The notes under the pieces: model-generated
Told to the model about the DNA's origin: nothing
What the model saw: the letters and a program-made list of their open reading frames with translations, nothing else
The model's database searches: none
Shown here: piece after piece, positions 48,697-61,146 of the stretch
Position numbering within the stretch: position 1 is the first letter of the stretch
Layout: each line of letters opens with the position of its first letter
Origin: Macrostomum hystrix
Lineage: Eukaryota; Animalia; Platyhelminthes
Direction: 5' to 3'
Assembly (NCBI GenBank): GCA_950097015.1
Contig: CATNEN010000003.1
Coordinates: 7,998,001-8,062,000, forward strand
DNA length: 64,000 bases
Position numbers and translations under genes: made by a program

Positions 48697-49209
48697 TCAA
48701 TCACATTTGTTGTTGTCATTCGCGGCAGCGTCACAATCATCAGCATCGAAGCGCGGTGTTTCTTTAGACGAATTGGAAGTGTTTTTCTTTTTACTCTTGT
48801 CATTTTTAGAATCAGTCTTCTCCGGCTTCTTCTTTACGTCCTTTTTGGGCGTCGGGGCCTTGCTTGTACTCTCTTCTTCTTCTTCATCCTCTTCTTCAAC
48901 ACTTTCTGTGTCGCTGTCCAAGCTGGTCTCTAGCTCTTCATCTTCTTCTTGGTCCTGATCGCCGTCATCATCATCATTTTCTTCTTCTTCTTCTACTTCC
49001 TCATCGTCATCATCTTCATCTTCGGCATCTTTAGTTTCGATAACTTTAGCTGTGTTCGGTTTGGCTTTGTTCTTGTTCTTGTTATTATTGTTGTTGCTGT
49101 CCATTGTACATTTGTCGCAAATGTCAAGAACAGAGACGTAGTTAGCTGCTTTAGCGTTGGTGTCGTTGCTGCTGCTGCTGTTGCTGCCTGACACACTAAC
49201 CGGTTGCAT
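48697..49209 (-). CDS. Intronless 170-aa acidic, low-complexity protein (poly-Asp/Glu tract followed by a Lys-rich segment)
   Basis: ATG-started ORF with a ~50-residue D/E tract using mixed codons, PKKDVKKK and KSKKK basic patches, a CDKC motif, and ATTAAA ~30 nt after the stop. No family recognised. Confidence 0.5.
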   Translation of the reverse strand: MQPVSVSGSNSSSSNDTNAKAANYVSVLDICDKCTMDSNNNNNKNKNKAKPNTAKVIETKDAEDEDDDDEEVEEEEENDDDDGDQDQEEDEELETSLDSDTESVEEEDEEEEESTSKAPTPKKDVKKKPEKTDSKNDKSKKKNTSNSSKETPRFDADDCDAAANDNNKCD

Positions 49210-49622
49210 GCTGGTTACAGTCTTTTTTTTTAATCTATAGTTTATTGCTTCGCTTATGAATGCTTTAAATACTTTTGATGAAAGTTAGCTAGCTATCCGA
49301 AGTTAGCAAATGTCTTAAGAATATCTGCAGCATTAAATCTCTTTTGAAAGTATCCCGATCTATAGGTTTCGTTATTTCTGTCTATGGCTCTGTCCCAAAC
49401 GTAATGCATTTGAGTGCGTTTGAGTAAGAAGGGGCGATAAAGTTTTCTTAGTTAGAATGCACATTATTCTAAAATTACTTTCTAAGAAAAATTTAGCTTC
49501 AACTCCTAAAAAGCAAATAGTTTTTAATCAAATCGAAATAATCAGCAATACAGTACTTGACTTTTTCAACCAATCAAAACCAAACCCCAAAACAGGTATT
49601 GCTAGGCTCATTTGTAGGCTCA

Positions 49623-50434
49623 TATGAAATCAACTGTAAACAGGTTACTCGCCATATTGAGCCTCAAGTATTTTGCTTTATTTTTTATGCCAATTATCTT
49701 AAAATACATAAATTGCAGCATCGTGGCTTCCAAGAAGTCAATCCTAGCAGCTTTGCTAATTATGAATCTATTCGCACTATCGCTGCGTGTGAACGGATGC
49801 CAATCAACGGGCGGTATCGGAAACTGGTTGGGTTCAATCGAAGGATTTATTTGCGTTAACAGCGAGATCGTTAAGCGCTACGACACGGTCACTGCAGTCT
49901 ATTTAGCATGCGCCTACCTGCGCACTTTGGAACAACGATGCCAGGCCTTCACCATGGCTGACGGTCCGTGTCAGCTGCTCGTGTTCGACAAGTGCAGCAA
50001 GTCGGTGAGGGACTGCAGCTGCTCCAGGAGAGGCCAGGTGTTTGTGAAGCGCCAACGAAAGCTAAATGTTGGCGCGCTGTGTTCAACTGGCTACAGAGAC
50101 GACCTGTGCGGAGTGAAGTACAAGCTGGAAGCACAACCGTAGCTTAAGGTTCTTACATCAACTGGTACCAGGGCAGAGAGATGTGCGAGTCAGAAGGCGG
50201 TCTGGCGATGATGGCCGAAGTGACCGACGTCCCGAAGCTCCGGCCCGTGGACGCACTGTTCGAAAAACTCGCGTCCGGATTTTTCTTTCTCGGCGGATTC
50301 CAGTCACCGGGCAGCAAGGAACCGTTTGGAGGCTACACCTGGGCTACGTGCAGCATCACCGTGAACTAAGCTTCTGGGTGAAAAATCCGAGCCTCGATCC
50401 ACCGAACTACGTTGGCATTGAGAACACTCATTGA
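49623..50434 (+). pseudogene. PAN/apple-like + C-type lectin domain gene, disrupted
   Basis: ACAYLR..RCQAF..GPCQL (PAN-like), then CSTGY..CGVKYKL..NWYQGREMCESEGG..FFLGGFQSPGSKEPFGGYTW (CTLD). Stop plus ~17-nt insertion at ~50140 and a second stop at 50369. Confidence 0.7.
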
Positions 50435-51468
50435 GAATATAGAGAACAAAAAAGATTCTTAAAACTACTGCAAACTCTTCTGAAAATAGAATTCGTTAGT
50501 TTTTTTATTTAATAAATATACTCTGTGACCACAATACAGTCTTAACAATGACGGCTTTCACCGTTATCTGGCAACCCATCACCCATGGAGACCTAAAGTT
50601 TAAATTCCTGATGATGCTGGTTCATCTATAGTCATCGCATCCAAAATCCCAGGTTCTACGATCCTTTATTTTCATTCACAAAAATATAGTTAATTGATAA
50701 ATCATTAATCACTAAGCAAATTGGAGCCCATTAATTAGAGCACTGGACTCAATACTTGAAGGTGCATGGTTTCAGTTCAAATAGCTGTTAAATGGGTACC
50801 TGCATTAGCTGCTTGGGGCAATTAAGGGTGAGTGTGGTGTCTTCCCCAGTCCATGGACTGAACAGCTGCCCATCTGGCCCAATTAAGGCAGTTGTAACCA
50901 ATAATTATTATCAGTCATAATGAGGTATTATTTATTATTATTGAGGCAGTGAATAATTAGGACACTTTTTCATTTTGAATTCCCGCCACTTTTTCTCACG
51001 CGCTAGCTATTTGTCGTAACCTCACGCAGCGCTCTTTGTTCGTTGTATGCGCACTCAAGCAGGACATGCACCCACCCCAATTTTGGTATATATATACAGA
51101 GAATAATATAATGCGATCTGGACCTGTTTGACCTGCTTTACGTTCTATTCGTTCTCAACATTTTGCTCTACGTTCGATACAACCTATACGTAATATAAGC
51201 GGTTCCACTTCCTACCTCTTTCCCTGTTTCGCTATTAAATTAACCGAGTTCCTTAGTTATTTTCCTTAATAGGAGTAAAACAGCTAGATCCCTTTACCTC
51301 CCCAATCCTCTCCCAAAGATCTCTCATCACCCAAATCCACGCTATTATATGACCATTTGAAACCCCAACATACTGCCCTAAAATCCCATCTAAAAGTCCA
51401 CATTGAATTTTATCTGAAGTCCACCTAAAGTTCCCTAAATACCCCCTTGAATTCCCAAAACTCTGCCT

Positions 51469-52140
51469 TTATTCCCCTAATGAAACTGTACTAATTCCGG
51501 ACCCCATAAAGGACCCCATAAAGTTCCACAGGCTGGCTTTGACGCTGATGTTGCAGCCGACCCAGTACCAGCCACCAGCCGGCTCCAGACTGCCTACTGG
51601 CTGAAGGCCACCCAGCCACATTGTGACACCTGCACTGTACTTGCTGTAGATCAGTTCGATATGGCTCATCTCGGTGGCGTCGGTCACATCGGCCATGATC
51701 ACCAGACCGCTCTCCGACTCGCACTTCTGCCTGCTCATCGACCAGTTCCCAGTGCCAGCGAGCAGCTTGTACTTCACTCCGCACAGGTCGTCTCCGTAGC
51801 CAGTCGGACACAGCTGGCCAGCCTCGAGTCCCGGCTGCTGCTTCACAAACACCTGGCCTCTCCTGGAGCAGCTGCAGTCCCTCACCGACTTGCTGCACTT
51901 GTCGAACACGAACAGCTGACACGGACCGTCAGCCATGGTGAAGGCCTGGAAGCGCTGCTCCCTGCTGCACATCGATGAACATAGCATCTTGGAACTGATG
52001 AGTGACAGGATTATTGTGAAGTCAGGCCGGATGCAGAGAAATCCGAGCACCTGGTGATAGGTGCGTCCAGGTGAACAGGAAGTCAGTTGAAGAAACGGCA
52101 GCAGCAGCAACAGACTTAAAATCATTTTCGATAGGAACAT
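51469..52140 (-). CDS. Secreted PAN/apple-like + C-type lectin protein, CTLD truncated at the C-terminus (possibly a pseudogene)
   Basis: SP MFLSKMILSLLLLLPFLQLTSC; SKMLCSSMCSREQRFQAF..CQL; CPTGY..KYKL..NWSMSRQKCES..MWLGGLQ..GGWYW..SLW. An unrelated tail follows, with no EPN/QPD, WND or final Cys. Confidence 0.72.
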   Translation of the reverse strand: MFLSKMILSLLLLLPFLQLTSCSPGRTYHQVLGFLCIRPDFTIILSLISSKMLCSSMCSREQRFQAFTMADGPCQLFVFDKCSKSVRDCSCSRRGQVFVKQQPGLEAGQLCPTGYGDDLCGVKYKLLAGTGNWSMSRQKCESESGLVIMADVTDATEMSHIELIYSKYSAGVTMWLGGLQPVGSLEPAGGWYWVGCNISVKASLWNFMGSFMGSGISTVSLGE

Positions 52141-52706
52141 TTAACTCCGGCAAAGCGGAGCTTTCAACCGGCTTTCAGACTAAATTGCTGCACAATGCTC
52201 TTAGCAGCCTGCAAAAGTTACGGAATCGGAGCTTTTATCATTGGTCTGTGTAAGAAACAACCTGCCCATACGATGAACGCCACAGGGGCAATGTCAAGAA
52301 AAATAATTTAAATATGAGTAGTATGCTTGGAAATTTAGATTAATCTTTCATTATCTAGTGTAGTTGTCTTTAGACATAGGTGCTTTGTTTTAAGGTGTGA
52401 ATTAATCATAACTTATTAAAATATTTTGCATTCTTTGAGTAGCTTCTTTTGGAGAGCAATCTTCTATTGGCTTTTTCGATTTAAATCTCATGATGCTCAC
52501 AAAAGTAGACCTCCAAAGTCAGCATCCTAATCACAGTAAAAAACTGCTGGCACCCCGTATGTACTTCATAAAGGACCAAGGACCATGAAGGATTGAAAGC
52601 AGTCAAACGCTGACTTCGCGAAGCACCAAGACATTCATGTTGCAGTAAAGTCTCCATCCTGATTCTTAAACCTAAGTAGACCTTCATAGAAATAAAGAAG
52701 GGTCTT

Positions 52707-52795
52707 GGGATGAGTGGCAGAACGGTTAACGCGCTCGTTTCTCGCACCAAGGTTCCTGAGTTCGATTCCGCGGCGAGGCCACATTCATTTGGGGC
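52707..52795 (+). mobile_element. tRNA-derived SINE head, family 2
   Basis: A-box TGGCAGAACGG and B-box GAGTTCGATTCC. Homologous to 55645-55900. Confidence 0.65.
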
Positions 52796-53848
52796 GCAGC
52801 CACGGAGAGAAGGCTTGGGGGGCTTGTCGTGCAATTTATGCTTGTAGCTCGGAAAAAAATCTGGCACTTTTCTCACAGGTCTGCCTTACTGCCCTGCAGA
52901 AAGCTATTGATGCGCAATATTAGCATACTACTGACAGGCCAGTTTGATTACCTATTGCTAGTTGACTGGCATAGCAGCCCAGCAGTGACAGATGATGATA
53001 CGAATGCGTCCTTGTAGAACAGAGATGAGATTATTAAAAACTGTTTGAAAATCTCGGAATGAGCTGTGAAATATTCCATAGTCTTCTGCTTGTCTAGCAC
53101 TTGTTAAATTGATAAGCATAATCACATAATATCTCAGATGCAAATATTTATTTATACTTGTATTTTAGCAGCTCTCAATCATACTTTCTAAAGTCTAAAC
53201 TGTCCATCGAGGTGCAGGTTTTTATTTTTTTCAGAAAACATTATCATTTTATGAGGCTTTAAATTATACTCGTGGGTAAATGAATGCGCACTTCATGCCA
53301 TGACAGTCGACATTGAGAAATTAACAGTTAGAATGGACCCTGTTGACCTGTTGACCCCAGTACGGTCGTCCTTCGGATCTACAAACTCCCTTGCTTAAAA
53401 ATGTACAAGTTATACTCAGCTGCACCGCATGGATACGGAATCGAAGTTTTAGTACAATTCTTTGCAGTCTAGTTTGCCAAATTCCGACAAAAGTGTACTC
53501 ATTGCGGGAAGCAAGCAATAAAACCAATACCAAAATACATAAGCGTCAAGAATGGTATATTCCTTCCGGTTAGAGAGTCCAGAAATGGCGCTTCCTTCCC
53601 TTCCCTTCGGGGCTCGCCGTGAAGCGCCATTTCTAGACTCTCTAACCGGAAGGAATTGCATTCGTTCTAAATTTGCCATAGACATGGCATTCCTGGAACC
53701 CGATGCGTCGGATTGCGTTGATGCCATTCCCGGAGCCTGATGCATTGGTTCTGCCCATAGACATAGAAATTAGTGGAGAGAGCTGCCACTGTGGGTTTGA
53801 ACTGTCAGAGAGATAAGTTATAAGCTGCTGTAAGAAATTCGAGCTCCA

Positions 53849-54150
53849 ATGGACTCAGACATAATTAACGAGCTAAATGCCAAGGAGACGACTTGGAGAA
53901 GACATGCCAAAATGCAATCAGTGTTTCCAAGGAGTGTGCTACTGTGCGAAAACTTGCTGATTTTCGCCACTCTAGGAATCAAAATCGCTTGGGAGACACG
54001 TCCTATCGAGATTCTGGCTGACCGCTTACGTTTGTTTCTTGGTTTGATTCGTTGCAAGGACGGTGAATTGTATTCTCCATCGAGGTTGATCGGATACCGA
54101 GCTGCTTTGTTCCGATATTTCCGACGCGTGCGTGGCATTAAGAGGTTTTA
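53849..54150 (+). mobile_element. Crypton-type tyrosine-recombinase N-terminal remnant (DUF3504/KCTD1/ZMYM-associated region)
   Basis: LRLFLGLIRCKDGELYSPSRLIGYRAALFRYF matches the L..F...R..DG..Y.P.SL....A.L.RY pattern of Crypton-derived proteins. Cut off at a CCATAGAC motif (54151). Confidence 0.6.
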
Positions 54151-55270
54151 CCATAGACATGACATTCCCTGATCGTGTTGGCATCCCAGAAACAACACAG
54201 AGGGTAGCAAATTTAGAAGGAATGAGTCGAAAAGAATTTTAGAAAACTTTAATGCAGTTTTCCCAGATTTGTCTATGGCTCACATCATTTTCACAAGCAT
54301 GGATGGATAAGTCTAGAGAGGAATAAAGTTATTAACGTTTTTACCATTGCAAAAAATATTTTGAAAGCGTTCCTTTTAAATTTAACTGAAATTTTCAGAC
54401 CATAAAACTGCGATTTCAAGACAGAAGCTGACAATTAGTTGACTAACTGTGGTTATGATATCATTTTTGCTTTGTATGTCTACCTTTTCGTTGTTCTGTC
54501 AACTTCACAATTAGATCGTTTCTGTGTCACATCGCCATGTTATCAATCATATCACGAGTATATTTCATTAGACAAAAACATATTTGCACTACTTAAAGTA
54601 ATTTAGGGAGCAAAGATATTGTCAACTACGAGGTGAATAATAACAAGACTAATCCTAAAAACAAAAACACGTAGGAGCAATTGATACACCAACAGAAAGG
54701 TCTTGTGTGGAGCAGAAAATAATGAACTAAAATAATTTTGTTCTTAATCTTTAGAAGTGTAAATAACAAAAATATAATCTTTTGTTGGGTCACATCGTAT
54801 GTTTGGGCGCTGAGAAAAGAGACTACAAATATTATATGTGTCCGCGGAATATAAAAAAATGTTTTTAAATTTGTAAAAACAAGCGTTTAAACAAAAAATG
54901 AGCGAGGATTTATGGTTTACTGAAAAAAACAAAATCTTTATATATTTTCATGTGAGAAACAAGTTGCTAAAATATGATTTTAATATGCGCTACTTTGAAC
55001 ACTATAAACGGGGAATGGAACACAATGGGAGCTCTAGTTTTACGGCTGAAAACAATGTTAAAATTGAAATTGCATAATTTGATCGTAATTGATTAGTTGA
55101 AATCTGCGATTAAATCAATCAATCTATCAGGTTTTATAAAAGATTTGAAGCGCAAAACTGATTGTAATGCTTTCACAGCTTTTTATTGACTTTAATGAAT
55201 TGGTTTTTTGATACTGCATCTTCAAAACGCGAAGTCAACGTCTTCATTCTAGTATCCGTTCAGTCGAGTG

Positions 55271-58200
55271 TCACATAGCCTTGTCCAAAGCATCCAGGTA
55301 GTTTTCATTGATTAGCTTCGGAATTAGCAGGTGTCTAAAATGGTGCATGCAGTCCAATAAAATTTATCGTAGTTTTACACGTTTGATTTGTTGATAATTT
55401 TTTCCTGATACGTCAAAGTTACTCCCCCAATAACGGTTTATTTTCACAACCAAAAGCTGCGTATATAGTTTTTCAGTCCATGGACTGGGGACCGCTACAC
55501 TCACCTAAGTTTTTATCTTGGCACCGATTTAAGAGCTTAACGTAGCGAAGCAATGGGAAGCTGATTGACTGTCTAGGAACCTCTCGGTCAGGAATCGAAA
55601 GATTTAACCACTGGGCATCATCTACTTATGCACTTTAGTCAGGGGGGGTGAGTGGCAGAGCGGTTAACGCGTTTGCCGCTCGCACAAAGATCCCTGAGCT
55701 CGATTCGGCTTGTCGTGAAATTTACGCCCTTAAGGGCCAACCTCCAAGGCACATTGAGAGTGTACACTGCCTGACGATGAGAAAGTCAGGGCAGATGTAC
55801 ACACCTGTATACGTTATCTGTGTGCGTGTGTGCTCAAGAGTCGGCGGAATGGGCAGCGGGTCTAGTATCACCAAATGACACTCCTGCAACTATTTTTTAT
55901 TAGTGTTATTATGCACTTTAGTCGCAATAGTCTATGGCTAAAACCGAACTCACCGCACTGGCATCTGCAGCAGAAGAATGACGGGGAAGCCCAGCTTAGC
56001 ATAAGCGATGCTGTTGAATCCAAGGGCGCACAGAACCAACACCTGCAGCAGTTGCAGGCAGGTGAAGATGTGCACCTTACGCTGCGGCACTCGCCTCAAA
56101 AAATGAGACGGCGGATAAGCGGCCTGCGAAATTTGATCGAAAGAAATAACGTTTAATTTGATACCAATTTTATTTCAATGAGTAATAACAAAATACACTG
56201 ACCTGTTCCGTGAACAATAGAAGCGTGCGTTCAAACAGTTGATTTCCAATTAGAGCGGTGATGGCCATGCAGATAAACAGGCCGTCTAGCACTGGCACAG
56301 GAATAAACTGCAGCGGCAGTGGACACATTAGCAGTGACAGACCGATGAGCAGGCTAGATACAATGCCTGAGATTCGGGTCTCACGGACTCGAACAACTCT
56401 GCGTAAAATACGGCTCGTAGAAATAAGTTTTTGTTCAGCGAAAGAGTCCATCAAGAGCATGTCCAGCGTTTCTGTTGTCATTTTCTTAACAGCAGAAATG
56501 CCACGGGGGTATTTCAAATACCCACTGCCTACTTCACGATTGCTCCGAAACCGAATGACCTATTGTCATGAAAGTCCACACTTTCGATCAAAACTTTCAG
56601 CCCTTTACGATGATGTAGCTTCCAAAGCCGTCCGACATCAGCATAAGTCGAGATATCCAGCGATTTTAGTCCGAGTTCTGGATTTTCGTTTGCTTTTTAT
56701 TTTGAGAGATTCAGAAAAATGTGGATATTTGAATTACCCCGTTCTCTTTCCACTGTTTATAAAAAGTGTTATTAGTATATAGTGTTTTACATTTTATTCA
56801 AATATATCATTTTTAGGTTGTTGTTGCTCCACTCGAAAGATTTGCAGGGTATTGGTGTAACGAATCGTCACACAAAAAAGAAATTGTTAATTTAGATCTC
56901 TTTTATGTGGAATGATGCCAGATTCAAGAAAGTTGAGTTATATTTCTACGCAGTCAATTAGGACCAGAAGTCTCGAGTACAGGTGGTTGTAGGACACAAA
57001 TTGCGGAGAGAATACACAGAATGCCACTGGGGAAAAAGCTATTTGCATGAACAAATTGCAAGAAAGCTAAAATTTCGATGCTTTAAAATATTTCTTACGT
57101 CTGGTGCACATGCTGACCATGGTCGATGCGTTCCTCCAAGTCGGCGAGAGCCTTCACGTGCAGCGGCGAGTGCGGTAGGGCGCCATGGACCCAGGGCAGG
57201 CCGAAGCAGGACAGGCAGCCGTTGATGATGGCAACGATCATCAGGTCCCAGTGGTAGGCGGAGCCCTTGCGCAGTCTGTGAGTAATAATAACTAATATTA
57301 TTATGAGGGCTGTGGGGCAATGGCACATCATTTGGTGACAGTAGATCCTTAGCCAGCTAAATGGCGATTCTGCCCATTCCGCTGACTCCTGAGCACACAC
57401 GCACACAGATGCTGTACGCAGGCACACCACTCATACAGGGGTGTTCGTCAGGCAGTGTACACTCTCACTGTGCCGCAGAATCGAGCTCAGGTACCTTGAT
57501 GCGAGCGGCAAGGGTGGCGCGACAGACCGGGCTCTAAACAAAAATAGCAAAAACTTTGCAAACGGAGCAAGGAAGCGGTGAACACGCGGTGAGTGTTCAC
57601 ACTGCCTTTCGATGAGAAAGCAAGAACAAAATAAAAAAATGAGCGATTGTGTGCCTACGAGCGTGTCCGTTTTCTGTGAAATGTAAAATTTACCGGCGAA
57701 ATTTCCAACTCACTGGCTAATGAGCACTTCTGTACACAATTTTAACAATCAGAATGTACAAGAATTACGATAAGGACTTCTAGATTGGCATCATGAGGAT
57801 CGACTGTGCCTACAGCCTCCTTTATAAAAAAATAAATTGTAATTTTGGATGGCTAAATACCAGTACAGAATCGTAGAAGAATGGTTTCAATTCAGCAAGA
57901 TTGTATTTTCTGAGCATCAAAAAATGCTTTTATCATATCTTATTTTTCAAATAAACAGAGCTCTGCACTTCTGCCAGACACACTTGTCGATAAAACAACT
58001 GTAGCGGACAGTCCGCTTGGGTACACACAAAACCTGATTTTCGTTTCCTGAGCTGATCCAGTGGTTGACAACCTTGAAAAGCATTGATTTCTATGGATTC
58101 GAAGGAAACTACACATCGAAAAGAGTGAATTAGAATCGATTTGAAGTTTCTCGGAAACTCAATTGGTCTTGTCTAATTCCCAGGAATTGAGCTCTCACAG

Positions 58201-61090
58201 CTACGGACTTTTGGGAGAAACTATGATTGAATTTTCAATAAAAATTTGTACTAAGGTGTAGAAAGTGTACAAAATGATCCAGAGTTAAGCGCGTTACCCA
58301 TTAGTAGTTAGCAATTTTGTTACGATCGTTACTTTTTTGCAACGTTACTTTTTCGCGTTACCACGGGCAGGTAACGAAAATAATGGTAACGAGTTGTTAC
58401 CAACGGCGTGCATTTCCCGTTGCGTGTTTTCGTTACCAGTTTCCGAAACAAAAAAATTAATAAGTTATCAGCAGCAATTTAAACTGTTTCTTTTGCTGCA
58501 TAAGAAACGTTATAAGAACTATAATAAGAATCATAATTATAATACAGACTATAACTATAATAACCATAATAACAGACTAACGACCGATAAACATATTATA
58601 ACATGTTATAACTTATTTATAACATGCTTACTTAAAAAATTGCTGATTTAAGCTAAAAGTGTAAAAAAAAGAAAGTAACGATTAAAAGTAAAGACCGTTA
58701 CTATTTTTGGGTATTTTTTCAATACCACAATGTTATCCTACCAAATGGTTAGTAACTATTGTTACCGCCATCGCCGTTACTTTTTTGGTAACGCGCCCAA
58801 ACACGACTAAACTCCCAGAGTAAAAGTTGCCTGCGAAATGTTGACAATCTCCGCTCGGAAGAACATGCTAATATAAATTTTAGAGGACTGATGGGTTCAA
58901 GGAGGAAAACTGTTTACTTATCTTATTTAAAACAAGGACCGCTTACTTATTGGTTGGGCAGTTAACCATGGCTGAACTAATGTTCTGATCCATGAAGAAT
59001 AGCATTGACAGCGGGATCGCCAGACCAAAAGCGCCCAGTATGGCTGTCCACGGCAGCGGTCGAGTGATGACTAACGCAAGTCGCAGCTCACGTTCGCAAG
59101 TGAAATTCTCCTCTGCAAGAAGGGGAAGAAGGCCTCACGAAATGCAAAACAAATAGCTTTGTAACTGCGTTCAAAAAAAAATACCGAAATCAGCAATGAT
59201 TTGCAATAGTTAAAACTACGATTATGTTAAAATCTCACGGTAGACATCTCGAAAGAGGTAGGTGCCAAAAAAGGACATCACTAGAACAGAGACGGGCAAT
59301 GAGAAGTCCGTTATGAGCTCCCGCTTGGCCCGGTTTAGATATGGTCTGCAATTGTTAAAAGTTGGCAACCGGAAAATTGAAATTCGCGAAAGAACTGCGG
59401 TTTGGTGCGTGGGTGGCTGTTGAAAAAAAATGAACGACTGATGGCTAAAGTTAGGCAACGAATTTAAGAAGGCCAGACAGATCGAAACTAGGGCTCGAAT
59501 TCCTCACACGCAACCCTCCGTCCTTGGCATTTAACTATTTCCCAAAACCGTAAGTCTTATTGGCGTAAAATTGCAAGCTATTTTGGTAGCCCTTTAGAAA
59601 ACTAATGATAAGCAAACTGATTGATGACCAGCACATGGTGTCCGCACCTTACCGGTTAGGGGAAAAAGTATAGCTAATCTGTCGATTCTCAACAAAGAGA
59701 GGCTGTTAAGTGCGGGGAGGAATTTCCCGGTCTTCTATTTTGCAAACAAAGCATTTGCGTTGAAAATGCAAGAAAGATTGATAAAAAACCTCTAGAAAAC
59801 AGTCAAGTATCAACTAAATCAGTCATTATTTATGGCTCTCACGTCTTGGTAAAGTTCAGCAGGTACATAGCTAGAAACACTGTGCCCAAGCACAGAAGCA
59901 CAAACAGGATGCTGGTGTCTCGATGGCAGACCCCAGTCTCGCCTGCCCTGTCTGTGACATTCGCTAGCCCGGCTGCGGATGTAGCTGTGGTCAGGGCATC
60001 TTCAACCGTGGAGTTGGCAACGATACTAGCGGCGACTGCAGTGGACTCACAGTAAAACTTGTTAAAGTCTGCAGCGTTTTTGGCAGAACGTAAAATACAG
60101 CAACGTTTTTAATATTATTAGCTAACAATTCAATGATTAGAATAACAGTTATGATGACCAAAACCATGCCATAATTAAAGGACTGCGTATTGTCCATTTT
60201 CCTGCATGTCGAACATAAGTCTACAAGAAGTAAAACCCTGCAGCATGCTCTTCTATAGAACTACTACTTGTGGAATTCGAATGAGATCGCGTAGACACAA
60301 TCAAACTAGGCTTCGATTTTTTCGTTTCCTAGATGTCGTTCGCCGCCATTACAAGTTTATCCTTGTAAAGTATTTTCTAGTGAGCTAGAAGTATTTCTAC
60401 TTCAGACTACAAACACTAAGCCCAGCCAGCACTCTGTCAGTCTTCCTACAAAGTCTTGACGCACCGATGCGCATACACAGGCCTATAGATACACAAATTC
60501 AATAGGCCCTAGTATCGTGTAGCTGAGCTATTACTATATAGCAAGCAGGCATTTGTAATTGGAAGGCATAGCGTGATTGGCTACCCCTACAGATGCGAAG
60601 CCTAGATTGCTTTGGCAGCCAAGCGCTCTAGCTCTTATCGATCTGCATAATTGCTCGATATGAGACTAGGAATGAAGACGAAGAGATTTAGATAGAGAGA
60701 AGACAGCCGGGACTGCTTCGGTATAGATAGAAAACGTTAGCGTGAGAACTGCACTAATTGATTTGACTGACTGTCCATTCTTGTGTTTGCCTCTTCTCCT
60801 GCATGCTCTTCTCTTACAAGTCTTTGCTCAGCCCCTCCAACTGTCTATAGCACTCTGAAACCAAATCACGGGCAAGTTCTCACTGCTATAGACACTCTTG
60901 AAGGCGTCAACGGTGAAAGCGACCGAGATGAACAGGGCGAAGATCTCCTCTGTGCTGCGGGTGGACCACCGCATCAGCTTGCTCAGGTCGAACATTGCGT
61001 ACATCATCAGCAGCGAGGCGTTGAAGAGGCCGACCCAGCCGAAGAAGGCAAAGAAGTCCAACTGGTGCTCGAAGCTGAGATCGTAGATAA
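55271..61090 (-). CDS. SLC4A11-like: SLC4-family (SLC4A11/BTR1-like) transporter, last 8 exons; 5' exons apparently lie beyond the window
   Basis: Phase-consistent exons 60884-61090, 59843-60068, 59239-59345, 58947-59112, 57099-57275, 56203-56398, 55954-56123, 55271-55334. Motifs [89 protein letters not shown]; ends LDALDKAM*. Confidence 0.93.
55645..55900 (+). mobile_element. SINE family 2, long copy (others ~57300-57510 -, ~57575-57620 +, ~63845-63950 +)
   Basis: tRNA-like head, hairpin GTGTACACTGCCTGAC..GTCAGGGCAGATGTACAC, and a TATT-type tail shared among copies. Confidence 0.7.
58280..58805. mobile_element. MITE-like element with GTAAC/GTTAC subterminal repeats
   Basis: GCGCGTTACC (58289) and GGTAACGCGC (58787) are inverted ends with many internal GTTAC motifs. 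TSD not found. Confidence 0.55.
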
Positions 61091-61146
61091 CTGCAATTGC
61101 AATCATATGTGACAAGGATGTAACTGATGTGATCTAGTTTATGATC

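Noticed and set aside
52707-52795. Functional tRNA gene (also 17590-17655 and 55645-55715)
   Set aside because: A/B boxes are present but there is no convincing cloverleaf. Copies are diverged and continue into SINE bodies.
55765-55805. Hammerhead ribozyme (CTGACGA...GAAA) in SINE family 2
   Set aside because: The motifs sit in one simple hairpin with no room for stem II or the three-way junction.
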